64,000 bases of DNA, taken from Lepidodermella squamata (taxonomy: Eukaryota; Animalia; Gastrotricha). Below, in pieces: positions 63,235 to 64,000 of the stretch. Under the pieces are notes generated by a model. The model was not told the DNA's origin. It did no database searches and worked only from the letters and a program-made list of their open reading frames with translations. The stretch is from assembly GCA_047495785.1 (NCBI GenBank), contig JBLDXI010000029.1, positions 3,596,001-3,660,000 of the forward strand, given 5' to 3'. Made by a program: the position numbers and the translations under genes. How positions within the stretch are numbered: position 1 is the first letter of the stretch; every line of letters starts with the position of its first letter.

Positions 63235-64000
63235 TCAGGTTGTAGCAACTGGGCTGCTGCAGGACTTCGCCATACTGAACTGATGGTAGTAATCAAAATC
63301 GCAAAACTCGTGAACTTGGGTTGACAAATTAAGATACATAGCAACCTCGAGATATCGCAACGGCGCATCGCCCCAACGTTTCTCGTAAATTTGATACGAA
63401 TCGACCACTTCACGCGTGAAACTTTGAATCCCGAGATGATCACGGAATGTCGGCACATGCAGGACTTCGAAATTGTTGTAGTAAACTGGAATTTCGTAGT
63501 TTTCTCTCTCCTCCTCCGTCCGCGGAAATACAGGAAGCTGCGATGTGTGAATTGAGCTGCTGCTCTGCTTAGCTAAGTACCCCTCCGTAAATTCGACCAA
63601 GCCAGCAGTAACAATTGGGTAATCCGTAGTCACCAACCTATAGCCATACAAGTATCTCTTCTCTTTCATATATGCAAAAATGTCGTAGTTAATCGCTGAA
63701 TCTATCTCTGAGTCCGTGTCCAGTCTTAAGTAGTATTCTACGTCCTGCAAAGCAGGGTGTTTAAGAACTCGGTGGAACCAGAAATCGCACATATGCCGGT
63801 AACCTATCGGCCATCTGCTGCCATTTTCCAATGTATCAGGATTGTAAATCTTGAGGAAATTCTCCGGAATTTCAAATTTAACCTCAACAAACTGAATAAG
63901 TTCAGCTTCGTTTGGATGTAGCCATGAGTTAGTAAATTCGTCGAAAGTTTGCCGCTCAGACGACCCTTCGTGAAAAATTAGTATCGGATATCGGAACCTC
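63235..64000 (-). CDS. Glycosyltransferase family 15 (KRE2/KTR-like alpha-1,2-mannosyltransferase), 5'-partial
   Basis: Open frame from the window edge: YPILIFHE, GYRHMCDFW, YYLRLDTDS, YYNNFEV, RWGDAPLR, DYYH. Confidence 0.85.
   Translation of the reverse strand, partial: RFRYPILIFHEGSSERQTFDEFTNSWLHPNEAELIQFVEVKFEIPENFLKIYNPDTLENGSRWPIGYRHMCDFWFHRVLKHPALQDVEYYLRLDTDSEIDSAINYDIFAYMKEKRYLYGYRLVTTDYPIVTAGLVEFTEGYLAKQSSSSIHTSQLPVFPRTEEERENYEIPVYYNNFEVLHVPTFRDHLGIQSFTREVVDSYQIYEKRWGDAPLRYLEVAMYLNLSTQVHEFCDFDYYHQFSMAKSCSSPVATT

Overview
Eukaryotic genomic DNA, most likely an invertebrate animal (standard code, short ~50-70 nt GT-AG introns); the species cannot be identified from the window. It is a tandemly duplicated, birth-and-death gene region with four parts: (i) small secreted stand-alone PAN/apple-domain genes and two broken class C (GABA-B-like) GPCR copies (0-15 kb); (ii) about 12 RDH12-like short-chain dehydrogenase genes and pseudogenes of two subtypes (5-33 kb, plus one inverted copy at 54 kb); (iii) about six secreted LamG-like + EGF genes with 6-9 nt microexons (33-63 kb); (iv) a GT15 (KRE2/KTR-like) mannosyltransferase running off the right end. 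Two full-length DNA transposons sit in host exons: a 6.8-kb EnSpm/CACTG element (18489-25301, 2-bp TSD) and a 5.8-kb P-like element (39535-45297). There are also several MITEs, a solo LTR and a LINE relic. The most striking observation is in the P-like transposase gene: splicing a 53-nt intron (42027-42079) assembles a perfect 2A/StopGo ribosome-skipping motif (LLLRSGD|VESNPGP) directly in front of the transposase. That element also has a 9-bp TSD and no recognisable THAP domain. All exon models were read by eye and need RNA confirmation.
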